64,000 bases of DNA from Macrostomum hystrix (lineage: Eukaryota; Animalia; Platyhelminthes). The stretch covers positions 8,804,001 to 8,868,000 of the forward strand of contig CATNEN010000002.1 of NCBI GenBank assembly GCA_950097015.1, in the 5' to 3' direction. The notes beneath the pieces were generated by a model that was not told where the DNA came from, ran no database searches, and was given only the letters and a program-made list of their open reading frames with translations. This document shows positions 39,787-51,349 of the stretch, piece after piece. The position numbers were made by a program, and so were the translations under genes. How positions within the stretch are numbered: the first letter of the stretch is position 1; the number at the start of each line of letters is the position of its first letter.

Positions 39787-40189
39787 TAAGCGCGGCTTCA
39801 ATGTTCGCTCATTCGGCACTGGCAACCAGGTCAAGCTGCCTGGCCCGGCGCTCAACCGCCCGAACCTGTACAGCTTCGACTCCACCTACCAGGAGATCTA
39901 CGCCGATCTGGAGCGCAAGGACCGCACAATGTACACGCAGAACGGCATGCTGCACATGCTGGACAGGAACCGGCGCATCAAACCCAAGCCGGAGCGATTC
40001 CAGGACTCCAAGGAGAAGTTTGACGTCATCATCACCGTTGAGGAGAAAGTCTACGACGCTGTCATCGACGAGCTGGAGTCGCGGCATCAGGAGGGTAACG
40101 AGGCGGTGCACGTTGTGAATATCGAGATTCGCGACAATCACGAGGAGGCCACCCTGGGAGCTTTCCTTATCTGCGATTTCTGCTCTGCT
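39787..40189 (+). CDS. SSU72: SSU72, exon 2
   Basis: (S)KRGFNVRSFGTGNQVKLPGP...YTQNGMLHMLDRNRRIKPKPERFQ...DNHEEATLGAFLIC; donor GCT|GTGAGC. Confidence 0.97.
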
Positions 40190-40194
40190 GTGAG

Positions 40195-41420
40195 CGACTG
40201 GTTTATGGCATTGGCGACCAGTGGCTTTAGGGCTGGGGTCATTGAGAACCAGTTGGTTTAGGGCTGGGGGCATTGAGGACCACTTGGTTTAGGGCTGGGG
40301 TCATTGAGGACCAGTTGGTTTAGGGCTGAGGTCTTTGAGGACCAGTTGGTTTAGGGCTGGTGTCATTGAGGACCAGTTGGTTTAGGGCTGGGGTCATTGA
40401 GGACCAGTTGGTTTAGGGCTGGGGTCATTGAGGACCAGTTGGTTTAGGGCTGGGGTCATTGAGGACCAGTTGGTTTAGGGCTGGGGGCATTGAGGACCAG
40501 TTGGTTTAGGGCTGGGGTCATTGAGGACCAGTTGGTTTAGGGCTGGGGTCATTGAGGACCAGTTGGTTTAGGGCTGGGGTCATTGAGGACCAGTTGGTTT
40601 AGGGCTGGGGTCTTTGAGGACCAGTTGGTTTAGGGCTGGGGTCTTTGAGGACCACTTGGTTTAGGGCTGGGGTCATTGAGGACCAGTTGGTTTAGGGCTG
40701 GGGTCATTGAGGACCAGTTGGTTTAGGGCTGGGGTCATTGAGGACCAGTTGGTTTAGGGCTGGGGGCATTGAGGACCAATTGGTTTGGGGGCATTGAGGA
40801 CCAGTTGGTTTGGGGGCATTGAGTACCAGTTGGTTTGGGGGCATTGAGGACCAGTTGGTTTGGGGGCATTGAGGACCAGTTGGTTTGGGGGCATTGAGGA
40901 CCAGTTGGTTTAGGGCTGGGGGCATTGAGGACCAGTTGGTTTGGGGGCATTGAGGACCAGTTGGTTTAGGGCTGGGGGCATTGAGGACCAGTTGGTTTGG
41001 GGGCATTGAGGACCAGTTGGTTTGGGGGCATTGAGGACCAGTTGGTTTGGGGGCATTGAGGACCAGTTGGTTTGGGGGCATTGAGGACCAGTTGGTTTAG
41101 GGCTGGGGGCATTGAGGACCAGTTGGTTTGGGGGCATTGAGGACCAGTTGGTTTAGGGCTGGGGGCATTGAGGACCAGTTGGTTTGGGGGCATTGAGGAC
41201 CAGTTGGTTTAGGGCTGGGGGCATTGAGGACCAGTTGGTTTAGGGCTGGGGGCATTGAGGACCAGTTGGTTTGGGGGCATTGAGGACCAGTTGGTTTGGG
41301 GGCATTGAGGACCAGTTGGTTTGGGGGCATTGAGGACCAGTTGGTTTGGGGGCATTGAGGACCAGTTGGTTTGGGCTGGGGGCATTGAGGACCAGTTGGT
41401 TTGGGGGCATTGAGGACCAG
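40195..41420. repeat. Intronic minisatellite; a 31-nt unit (gaggaccagttggtttagggctggggtcatt) changes into a 25-nt unit (gaggaccagttggtttgggggcatt)
   Basis: Tandem copies fill SSU72 intron 2. Confidence 0.97.
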
Positions 41421-41486
41421 CGGGTATTCAATGACCATATTTTCATTATAGCTAAAATTGCTCCCGATTTCTAAATGGATTTTCAG

Positions 41487-41588
41487 CTCCAAGAAAGCGA
41501 CGATCTGGATAACGATATGGATCTCATTGTGCAGGACTTCGCGGACAAAATTAAAAAGATTGTTCTGCATACTATTTGCTTTTATTAA
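41487..41588 (+). CDS. SSU72: SSU72, exon 3
   Basis: Acceptor TTTTCAG|CTC; LQESDDLDNDMD...LHTICFY* fits the SSU72 C-terminus; total 195 aa. Confidence 0.93.
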   Translation, partial: LQESDDLDNDMDLIVQDFADKIKKIVLHTICFY

Positions 41589-42099
41589 TAATATTTCTAA
41601 TTTGAAGTTCAGAATTTTCAAGTCAAGACGCCAGCTTTTTACTCCTGGTAAAGTTCATCCAGCTTGTGTGCTGTTGAAAATAATCATATCTGTCTTTGTC
41701 TGTAATTAAACAAGGACTTTCTTAAACTATTTTAAAATGCCTCAGATTTTGCTTTGCCTATTCTAAATTATGTTTTAGTCTGCCAGTTTAACCAGTGGAT
41801 TGGTTAGCTAACTGTTTCAGTGAAACCAAATTAATAAATCTGATTTGCGCACACGAGCTGTAAAATATTCTGTACACTGATCATCTGACTGGCTTCACTT
41901 CGTGACTTTAATATTTAGATAGAATTACAAAAAATGTATTTAAAGTAGAATTTTTGTTTGTGTGACATTCTTCACTAAGATATTTCAATTATATTAATAT
42001 ATACGAGTATAAGAGGTAATACCTAACAAAAATCTATCAATAGATCAGTATTTAGGAACCCTAGTTAACACTTTACTCTTTAGGCGAACTCTTAGAACG

Positions 42100-42410
42100 C
42101 TCTATTTATCGAAGGGAAATCCTATCTGTTGATTTATTTATAGGGGGAATCCTATTTGTTGGTCTATTTTTAGAAGGGAAATACCAATTTTCAATATGAT
42201 TTACGGAAGGGATCCATTGATTTGGAGTTCTATTTATAGCAGGGAAATCCTGATTTTGAGTTCTATTTACAGAAGGGAAATCCAGTTTTCAAGTTCTGTT
42301 TACGGAAGAGAATCCAGTGATTCGTAGTTCTATTTACAGAAGGGAAATCCAGTTTTCAAGTTCTTTTTACGGAAGAGAATCCAGTGATTTTTAGTTCTAT
42401 ATATGGAAGA
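42100..42410. repeat. Degenerate repeat, about 33-nt unit (ttctatttacagaagggaaatccag...), between SSU72 and WDR55
   Basis: Block of about 67 nt duplicated at 42261 and 42328, with looser copies upstream. Confidence 0.7.
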
Positions 42411-42460
42411 GTCGTCAATTAGTTTTCATTTCAGCCTTAAAAAACCTGACCCTCCATGCA

Positions 42461-42675
42461 ATGACCGGCAGCAGCTCAGATGACAGCAGCGACAGCAGTT
42501 TGGACTCATCCGACTCCGAGGAAGAGCTGGAAGGCTCCGAGTCTGAGTCGGGCGACGAATTGGACATCGCCGACTGCATCGACTTGAAGATTGGCCAGGC
42601 CGGCGTTTCAGCTCTGGCCTTTCATTCCAGCGATCGTCGGCTGGCTTGCGGCACCATCGATGGACGGGTTCGCAT
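42461..42675 (+). CDS. WDR55: WD40 protein WDR55-like, exon 1 (acidic N-terminus; start codon tentative)
   Basis: Ser/Asp/Glu tract, then WD-type ALAFHSSDRRLACGTIDGRV; donor AT|GTGAGA (phase 2). Confidence 0.75.
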
Positions 42676-42699
42676 GTGAGAAAGCTCATTCCAGTGACT

Positions 42700-42860
42700 T
42701 ATTGGTCATTTGATTATCGATCATGTTATGATTGGTCATTTGACTATCGATCATGTTATGATTGGTCATTTGACTATCGCTCATGTTATGATTGGTCATT
42801 TGACTATCGCTCATGTTATGATTGGTCATTTGACTATCGCTCATGTTATGATTGGTCATT
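42700..42860. repeat. Intronic minisatellite, 30-nt unit tcatgttatgattggtcatttgactatcgc, about 5 copies
   Basis: Fills most of WDR55 intron 1 up to the acceptor. Confidence 0.9.
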
Positions 42861-42866
42861 CGCCAG

Positions 42867-43052
42867 CTATGACACCGAGGGCAGCCTGACGGAGCCGCTG
42901 GTTCGCGGTCGCTACCACAGGTGCGTTCGCTGCGTTGCCTTCCACGGCCAGGAGGGCGCCAGTCAGCTGCTGTCAGCTTCCAGTCTGGGCGCATTCAAGC
43001 TGCACGACGCCAGGACAGGCGGCTTGGCAGTCAGGAATAACAAGGCGCGAGA
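42867..43052 (+). CDS. WDR55: WDR55-like, exon 2
   Basis: Acceptor CGCCAG|C; HRCVRCVAF...LLSAS...LHD; donor GA|GTGAGT (phase 2). Confidence 0.8.
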
Positions 43053-43249
43053 GTGAGTGCTGGAAATGCCGATTATTGGTGAGGGTATCTCAAATACCCA
43101 CTTTTTTCTGCATCTCCCAAAATATTCATCTAATCGTCATCAAAATCCGAACACGGTCTAAAACTTTCCGCTTTATCCAATAAAACAACAAACAAGATAT
43201 CACAAACAATATATTAAAGAGTTATAATAATTATTACTGGGGTTCAGCA

Positions 43250-43580
43250 GGCAATGGTAAATCACTTGGTGACACTCGACCGGCAGCCAGCGAGGAGGCA
43301 ATTCTGCCCATTCCGCTGACTCCTGAGCACACACACACACACACGTATACTGTACGCAGGCACACACTCACACAGGTGTGTACATCTGCCCTGAATTATT
43401 TCTCATCCTCAGGCAGTGTACACTTCACTGTGCCTTGGAGATCGGCCCTTAAGTGTGTAAATTTCACGACTAGCCCCCAAGCCTTCTCTCCGCTGCTGCG
43501 CCCCAAACGAATGTGGCCTCGCCGCGGAATCGAGCTCAGGGACCTCGGCGCGAGAGGCAAACGCGTTAGACCGCTCTGAA
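43250..43580 (-). mobile_element. tRNA-derived SINE, family B, near full length, in WDR55 intron 2
   Basis: Reverse complement has a tRNA-like head (agcggtctaacgcg...gagctcgattcc) and a body matching 54165-54470. Confidence 0.8.
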
Positions 43581-43689
43581 ACTCTGAAACGCAGAATAGG
43601 ATGATAAATTCCTTTGCCTAAGATGCAGCTTCCATTGCTAGCTAGTGTGATAAGTTCTCGAATCATCGTCCCGACGACTTGCCCCGCAG

Positions 43690-44002
43690 CTGCGGCATCA
43701 ACTGCCTGCTGTCGGTGAACCCGGACCAGTTTGTCACCGGCGACGAGGACGGCTGGGTGAGCCTGTTCGACCTGCGCCGCTCCGAGTCCGCCGTGCTCAG
43801 CTTGCACGTCCAGGCCGACTGGAAGCCGCCTGGCGCTGACGATGGCGACGGCGACGGCGAGGCGAAATCCGCCGTTAAAGATGACCGAGGCACTGAAGGC
43901 GACGGACTCTGCGGTGTCGGGCACATCAGTATGCTGCCAGGACACGTCCTCGCCGCCTGCGAGGACGGCACACTGACTACAGTGTCACTGAACAAGCGGA
44001 AG
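43690..44002 (+). CDS. WDR55: WDR55-like, exon 3
   Basis: Acceptor CCGCAG|C; INCLL...FVTGDEDGWVSLFDLR and VLAACEDGTL are typical of WDR55/JIP5; donor AAG|GTATTG (phase 0). Confidence 0.85.
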
Positions 44003-44006
44003 GTAT

Positions 44007-44340
44007 TGGGGCTAGTGGGTGAGAACTGGGGCTAGTGGGTGAGAATTGGGGCTAGTGGGTGAGAACTGGGGCTAGTGGGTGAGAATTGGGGCTAGTGGGT
44101 GAGAATTGGGGCTAGTGGGTGAGAATTAGGGCTAGTGGGTGAGAATTGGGGCTAGTGGGTGCGAATTGGGGCTAGTGGGTGAGAATTGGGGCTAGTGGGT
44201 GAGAATTGGGGCTAGTGGGTGAGAATTGGGGCTAGTGGGTGAGAACTGGGGCTAGTGGGTGAGAATTGGGGCTAGTGGGTGAGAATTGGGGCTAGTGGGT
44301 GAGAATTGGGGCTAGTGGGTGAGAATTGGGGCTAGTGGGG
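44007..44340. repeat. Intronic minisatellite, 20-nt unit ggggctagtgggtgagaatt, about 17 copies
   Basis: Starts 4 nt after the WDR55 exon 3 donor. Confidence 0.97.
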
Positions 44341-44359
44341 TGATGGCTAGTTAGGAATA

Positions 44360-47055
44360 AATGGGATTCTATAGGAATAGATGAGATTCTATAGGAATAG
44401 ATGAGATTCTATAGGAATAAATAAGATTCTATAGGAATAGATGAGATTCTATAGGAATAGATGAGATTCTATAGGAATAGATGGGATTCTATAGGAATAG
44501 ATGGGATTCTATAGGAATAGATGGGATTCTATAGGAATAAATGAGATTCTATAGGAATATATGGGATTCTATAGGAATAGATGAGATTCTATAGGAATAG
44601 ATGGGATTCTATAGGAATAGATGGGATTCTATAGGAATAGATGAGATTCTATAGGAATATATGGGATTCTATAGGAATAGATGGGATTCTATAGGAATAG
44701 ATGAGATTCTATAGAAATAGATGAGATTCTATAGAAATAGATAGGATTCTATAGGAATAGATGGGATTCTATAAGAATAGATGAGATTCTATAGAAATAG
44801 ATAGGATTCTATAGGAATAGATGGGATTCTATAGGAATAGATGAGATTCTATAGGAATATATGGGATTCTATAGGAATAGATGGGATTCTATAGGAATAG
44901 ATAAGATTCTATAGAAATAGATGGGATTCTATAGGAATAGATGGGATTCTATAGGAATAGATGAGATTCTATAGCAATAGATGGGATTCTATAGGAATAG
45001 ATGAGATTCTATAGGAATAGATGAGATTCTATAGAAATAGATGGGATTCTATAGGAATAGATGGGATTCTATAGCAATAGATGGGATTCTATAGGAATAG
45101 ATGAGATTCTATAGCAATAGATGGGATTCTATAGGAATAGATGAGATTCTATAGAAATAGATGGGATTCTATAGGAATAGATGGGATTCTATAGGAATAG
45201 ATGAGATTCTATAGAAATAGATGGGATTCTATAGGAATAGATGGGATTCTATAGGAATAGATGAGATTCTATAGCAATAGATGGGATTCTATAGGAATAG
45301 ATGAGATTCTATAGAAATAGATGGGATTCTATAGGAATAGATGGGATTCTATAGGAATAAATGAGATTCTATAGGAATATATGAGATTCTATAGGAATAG
45401 ATGAGATTCTATAGGAATAGATGGGATTCTATAGGAATAGATGAGATTCTATAGCAATAGATGGGATTCTATAGGAATAGATGAGATTCTATAGAAATAG
45501 ATGGGATTCTATAGGAATAGATGGGATTCTATAGGAATAAATGAGATTCTATAGGAATATATGGGATTCTATAGCAATAGATGGGATTCTATAGAAATAG
45601 ATGGGATTCTATAGGAATAGATGGGATTCTATAGGAATAGATGAGATTCTATAGAAATAGATGGGATTCTATAGCAATAGATGAGATTCTATAGGAATAG
45701 ATGGGATTCTATAGGAATAGATGGGATTCTATAGCAATAGATGGGATTCTATAGAAATAGATGGGATTCTATAGCAATAGATGGGATTCTATAGGAATAG
45801 ATGAGATTCTATAGGAATAGATGGGTTTCTATAGGAATAGATGGGATGCTATAGGAATAGATGAGATTCTATAGAAATAGATGGGATTCTATAGCAATAG
45901 ATGGGATTCTATAGGAATAGATGGGATTCTATAGAAGTAGATGAGATTCTATAGGAATAGATGGGATTCTATAGGAATAGATGGGATTCTATAGCAATAG
46001 ATGAGATTCTATAGGAATAGATGGGATTCTATAGCAATAGATGGGATTCTATAGGAATAGATGGGATTCTATAGGAATAGATGGGATTCTATAGGAATAG
46101 ATGAGATTCTATAGGAATAGATGGGATTCTATAGGAATAGATGAGATTCTATAGAAATAGATGGGATTCTATAGGAATAGATGAGATTCTATAGCAATAG
46201 ATGAGATTCTATAGGAATAGATGGGATTCTATAGGAATAGATGGGATTCTATAGGAATAGATGGGATTCTATAAGAATAGATGGGATTCTATAGGAATAG
46301 ATGAGATTCTATAGGAATAGATGAGATTCTATAGGAATAGATGGGATTTTTTAGCAATAGATGAGATTCTATAGGAATAGATGGGATTCTATAGCAATAG
46401 ATGAGATTCTATAGCAATAGATGAGATTCTATAGGAATAGATGGGATTCTATAGGAATAGATGAGATTCTATAGGAATAGATGGGATTCTATAGCAATAG
46501 ATAAGATTCTATAGCAATAGATGAGATTCTATAGGAATAGATGGGATTCTATAGCAATAGATGAGATTCTATAGGAATAGATGAGATTCTATAGCAATAG
46601 ATGAGATTCTATAGGAATAGATGAGATTCTATAGGAATAGATGAGATTCTATAGGAATAGATAAGATTCTATAGGAATAGATGAGATTCTATAGCAATAG
46701 ATGAGATTCTATAGGAATAAATGAGATTCTATAGGAATAGATGGGATTCTATAGGAATAGATGAGATTCTATAGGAATAGATAAGATTCTATAGGAATAG
46801 ATGGGATTCTATAGGAATAGATGGGATTCTATAGGAATAGATGGGATTCTATAGAAATAGATGAGATTCTATAGGAATAGATGGGATTCTATAGGAATAG
46901 ATGGGATTCTATAGGAATAGATGAGATTCTATAGGAATAGATGGGATTCTATAGGAATAGATGAGATTCTATAGGAATAGATGGGATTCTATAGGAATAG
47001 ATGGGATTCTATAGAAATAGATGGGATTCTATAGGAATAGATGGGATTCTATAGA
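44360..47055. repeat. Intronic minisatellite, 20-nt unit atgggattctataggaatag, about 135 copies
   Basis: Strict 20-nt period with few variant positions. Confidence 0.98.
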
Positions 47056-47104
47056 ATAGATAGAGAAATCGAGTTATGCAGCTGTCACCGGCCCACTCCA
47101 CCAG

Positions 47105-47659
47105 GTGCTGATGAAAAGCGAGTTCTTCGGCCAGCCGCTCACCTGCGTGTGGCCAATGAAGGGCGGCTCCAAGGTGGTTGCGGGCACTGAGTCCGGCAGT
47201 CTGCTGCTGTTCAACCGCGGCCAGCTGGCGAACATTAGCGACAAGTGCTCCGTGCTGGAGCCGGCTGGCGGAATCGAAGGCGCCTGCCCGCTTGGCCCGG
47301 ACATCCTCGTGTGCGCCTGCTCGGACAGCCGGCTGCACGCCGTCTCCGTGCTGCCGCACTCTCGGCTCGCCTGCCTCGGCCGGCAGCCATCGGACACCGG
47401 CGCCTGCCTCCGCGTGGCCGCCGATCCCACCGGAGCGCTCCTGGCCTCGGCTTCGCCGGAGTCCTCCCAGATTCGGCTCTGGTCTGCCGGCCGGCTGACG
47501 GAGCTCCAACAGCGCGCCGTGGAGCAGCAGAGGCGAAATCCCAGCAGGCGGAAGCGGCGAGCCGGATTGACTGGCCACAGCAAAGTTGGCGACAGCGCCT
47601 GCGGCAAACTGGCGAAGCAGGAGACCACTGGCTTCCTGGCTGGACTGGTGGGAAAATAA
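47105..47659 (+). CDS. WDR55: WDR55-like, exon 4 (terminal)
   Basis: Acceptor CACCAG|GTG; LNKRK|VLMKSEFFGQPLTCVWPMKGGSKVVAGTESG fits the WDR55 pattern; ends TGFLAGL; total 422 aa. Confidence 0.85.
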   Translation: MLMKSEFFGQPLTCVWPMKGGSKVVAGTESGSLLLFNRGQLANISDKCSVLEPAGGIEGACPLGPDILVCACSDSRLHAVSVLPHSRLACLGRQPSDTGACLRVAADPTGALLASASPESSQIRLWSAGRLTELQQRAVEQQRRNPSRRKRRAGLTGHSKVGDSACGKLAKQETTGFLAGLVGK

Positions 47660-48218
47660 CTTGCAGGCGGTGACTGACACGGCCGGAACTGACTGACAGA
47701 TTAACAAGCGGTGTGCATTAATTAGCTTGCAATCTTCGCATTTCTCTTGTTCCCAGCTTGTCTACTCGATTAGTCATTTAAAAATAATAAACTGCAAGAT
47801 TGCTCTTTCGTTAATGCGCAGCTTTGACTGTATTATCGAACTAATTAATTATTTTATCCCTGGTATCAGAAAATCGGCCACTCTCCGATGCTGATCATCA
47901 GGTCAGTCTAAAAATAGATCACCTTGGCACATCAGTCGGTGACTTCTATAAATAGCATCTAATGAAAATGCATGGGCTAACTGAGCTTCCCTTGTTGAGC
48001 TTTTGACACCATAGACAGTACAAATTCTGGCGGGCTGCACGCAGCACTAAAATTAATAGGCGGCGTTCCGGCACTAAGTCGCATTCGATGCAAAACTTGT
48101 TTTATTAAACTTAGTGCCATAGACAATTCAATAAACTGTAGGGCTCGTTCTATAGAATTACTCGCCCTAAGAGCCAACTCTAAGAAGCCAGGCAGGCCAG
48201 TCAAGTACATGTTGCTCG

Positions 48219-50207
48219 ATGTCTCACTCAATGCGCAGCTTCAAGAGCAATGCGTCAAACAGCAACTCTGAATTGCGGCGGTGCTGCACCACAGCTCGGC
48301 TTCGCGAAAAAGCGTCGAGCAGATCGTCTAGCGGCAGCTGCGGCACTTTAACAGCCTCGCAGTTGCAGCAGCAGCAGCAGCAGCCGCAGCAGCATCACCA
48401 ACGCCACCACCGAAAACACCGGGGCTCCAGAGAATCAGATCCCAACGTGCGGACGCAACCAACATCGCTTTGCTCCTGTCGAACTCAGCCAGTCAGCCAC
48501 CAGAAGTCGAGCTTCTTCTTCCCGACCTGGACAGGGGGCAACGCTCTCAGCGACCTCGTCAGCATCAAGTCGAATGTTGTCGGACCTTTAAATTGGCGTC
48601 ACGGAGACAGCAACACAAACTGCTCGAGAGTGCATGATGATTATCATGACCGCAATCATTTGGAGCCTCTAGTGCGCTGTGTCTCTTGTCTATGTCGGCA
48701 TCAGTCGCAGCCGCAGCTTTCCCCACAGCCGCAGCCGCCGCCGCCACAAACACCGCCGCCACCACTGCCTTCGCCTGCCCAGCGGCCAGTAACGCAGCCT
48801 TGCAGAGACTGCAGCCAGTGCAAGTACCAAGACAGAAGGCCGACTTCGGCCAGCCGGACGAGCGCATTCCAGGAAATCTGCCCCCTACACGTCGTAAATT
48901 CGGACGGCGACTGCGATCGGCGTCGAGACGATGAGCAAGAAATTTTCCAAGACATTAACCGGACCAAGCTCGACGATGATCAGCTCTCTGCTGAGCGCAG
49001 GAATTTCATCGAAGACCAGCACAAGATCAACGATGAGCGACACCGAGAATTGCGTTATGGGGACTGCGCGGAGCATTCATGCTCAAACTGTCAGCAGCAC
49101 AGCAAGCCGGAGCCGCAGGCCAAGAGCCTGACCAATGGTGCGCAGCACTCGCGGCGTCTTTCGCCTCGAATTCCCGTCGCCAACAGTAGCTGCGGCAGCT
49201 GCGCCATTAGCAGAGGCGGCCAGAACTCGACGCTTGGAACGTCGACGAATCGTCGCCAGCTGGCCGGCCCAGTCCAGAGGATGCCAGCGAAACACGATGA
49301 GTCGCTGTCCTTGTTGCCGAATTCGGTTCAGCAGTCAGCGAGGTCGCAAACACCCCTACAGCAGCCGGAGGCTCTGTCGCCGATGCAGCAGCCGTTATCG
49401 ATGCAACGCAGCATGCAGGCAAACTCCACCAGGCTGTCGCAGCCGCAGACCCCGGGGCCCGGTCAACGGAAGGCACCTTCCATGCCGGAAGGTCCTTCGC
49501 AGCGAGGCAACCTGTACATGCGCAGCAGGGAAAGCGCACTCAGCAGTCCCGCCCGCGTCCGTTGGAACCAGCGGCAAAGCGTTGACGCCGATTTTGACAA
49601 TGTCGGGCCAACTTCAGCTGGCTTCGGGCAACTCGACCGCCCGTGGTCTAGCATGGCCAGCAGCTGGGACTCCATGGAATGGATTGATCCCGTGGAGAAT
49701 TTCGCCAAGTTAGTGCAGGACGATCCGGTTAACGACAAGGACGAATGGGAAGTCCCAGACAGCTGTTTCCACTTGGATCCGCCGCGGACGTTTTCCCGGC
49801 AGTTCGATGACGAGTCCCGCTTCAGCTGCTGGAACCCAACCTTCGTGGGGCGCGGCAGCGGAGCCGGCGGTCGCAGGCGAGTCTTAAGCAGAGCATTCGA
49901 CAGCGCCCTTGACGACGGCTTCGACTGCGGCTTCGGCCGCAACCGAGCTGCAGGCGACCTGGACGTCGGTCTCAGTGGTGACATCGTCAGCGGTCTCAGC
50001 AGCGACCTGGGCGATACTAACCTTGACGTTTGCGTTCGAAGCGTCGGCGGCGGTGTCAACGGCGTCTTCGGCTTCGGTCTCGACGACAGCTTGGATTCGC
50101 GCACAGCCCCCGGCCAGCTCGTCGGGCACGCGGGCTTCGATGGTGACTGGCACTCGGAGCTGCAGAGCTTTCGACAGCATCGGGCACAGCCTTTCGACTA
50201 TATCTAA
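48219..50207 (+). CDS. Unknown intronless protein, 662 aa: Gln/Pro/Ser-rich with scattered CxxC motifs and a Gly/Asp/Phe-rich C-terminus
   Basis: 2-kb GC-rich uninterrupted ORF between AT-rich flanks; no family recognised. Confidence 0.65.
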   Translation: MSHSMRSFKSNASNSNSELRRCCTTARLREKASSRSSSGSCGTLTASQLQQQQQQPQQHHQRHHRKHRGSRESDPNVRTQPTSLCSCRTQPVSHQKSSFFFPTWTGGNALSDLVSIKSNVVGPLNWRHGDSNTNCSRVHDDYHDRNHLEPLVRCVSCLCRHQSQPQLSPQPQPPPPQTPPPPLPSPAQRPVTQPCRDCSQCKYQDRRPTSASRTSAFQEICPLHVVNSDGDCDRRRDDEQEIFQDINRTKLDDDQLSAERRNFIEDQHKINDERHRELRYGDCAEHSCSNCQQHSKPEPQAKSLTNGAQHSRRLSPRIPVANSSCGSCAISRGGQNSTLGTSTNRRQLAGPVQRMPAKHDESLSLLPNSVQQSARSQTPLQQPEALSPMQQPLSMQRSMQANSTRLSQPQTPGPGQRKAPSMPEGPSQRGNLYMRSRESALSSPARVRWNQRQSVDADFDNVGPTSAGFGQLDRPWSSMASSWDSMEWIDPVENFAKLVQDDPVNDKDEWEVPDSCFHLDPPRTFSRQFDDESRFSCWNPTFVGRGSGAGGRRRVLSRAFDSALDDGFDCGFGRNRAAGDLDVGLSGDIVSGLSSDLGDTNLDVCVRSVGGGVNGVFGFGLDDSLDSRTAPGQLVGHAGFDGDWHSELQSFRQHRAQPFDYI

Positions 50208-50705
50208 ACTCTATGGAAGGCCTTTGTTGGACTGAACTCAACACGTACCCGAGCAGCCGAACAAACAATTTGTTCCGAATCTTTTGTCTCGATTTATAAA
50301 ATAATTTTATGAAATGCTCTCAGGGCTGCTCAAAATTTACTTTTGGCGCTCGGACATTTCCATACTTACGCAAGCTGAATTAGTATCTAAATAAGCGACC
50401 CAGGCTGCTAAGACGCGGAACTTACAACCTTTAATAAGGCTGTTATTGAAATTATCGTTACTCTCAATTGTCGCTAAGCAATCCAAACCCTGTCGAACGT
50501 ATGGCAGTATATAAAAACAAGTAAATGTTTTTGCACACATGTCGCGCGTCACTTCAACGGTTTACTTCTGCAACAAAAAATTGCACGAAAATTTTGAATT
50601 CGCGTTTTAGGATTGGTTATTACGAGTATATTTTATACAGCTATCACTGATTTGTAAAACAATAAGTTTTTCAGATATTATTATAGCTCTCGCTATGTAC
50701 CAAAT

Positions 50706-50842
50706 TTACATCTGGGTGAACTGAAACAATGCAGAGTTAAGTGCCTTGATAAATGGCGATAATCTGTTCCAGTGGAGTCGGGAATTGAACCCCCGACCTT
50801 CGAGTCGTGTGTCCTACGCATTAACTCTACCATATATACCTC
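50706..50842 (-). mobile_element. SINE family A, 5' part
   Basis: Reverse complement of the head and body seen at 23857-23995. Confidence 0.8.
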
Positions 50843-51333
50843 GCGGGACAAAGGGGAAATTATTAATTAATAATACGAAACTGGGCTGCATTGAATGTCG
50901 ATGAGTATCTATGAGACAGGAAAGAGATGAGACAGTGGACAAATCGGTTATTACAGTTAAGACATGGGATAGACACGGATTTTCAGGCCGTGCGCATACA
51001 ACGAACAAAGAGCGCTGCGTGAGGTTACGACAAATAGCTAGCGCGTGAAAAAGAAGAGAAAAAGAAAAATTATTTTTACATACTCCTTTAAATAAGAAAT
51101 TAAATAAGAATGAGAAACTAGCGTGACCCAACTCGTAGTTGTTTTAATCGGACTACGTTGATTTAGGCCCACTAAATCAAGCTTTACATTACAATAGAAT
51201 GCCGGAAGGGCCTAAATTGACATTTTATCGCAAAACTAACTGCAGTGTTGCCATGAACTTATTTATAAATTCAGATAAATGTGAGAACAGATTGAGCCTT
51301 AGCAAATGATGTAAGGCATCGTTTCTATGTGGT

Positions 51334-51349
51334 GGCCCTGAAAAGGGCC
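51334..51349 (-). terminator. Histone 3' stem-loop GGCCCTTTTCAGGGCC with AAAAC and ACCA flanks
   Basis: Canonical 6-bp stem and TTTC loop, 88 nt after the H4 stop codon. Confidence 0.95.

Noticed and set aside
40250-40760. TTTAGGG telomere-like motif
   Set aside because: One copy per 31-nt unit, not a tandem telomeric tract
40704-41621. Pro/Gln repeat ORFs on the minus strand
   Set aside because: Antisense translations of the SSU72 intron array
49463-50180. Antisense ORFs of 213 and 98 aa
   Set aside because: Shadows of the longer GC-rich + strand ORF
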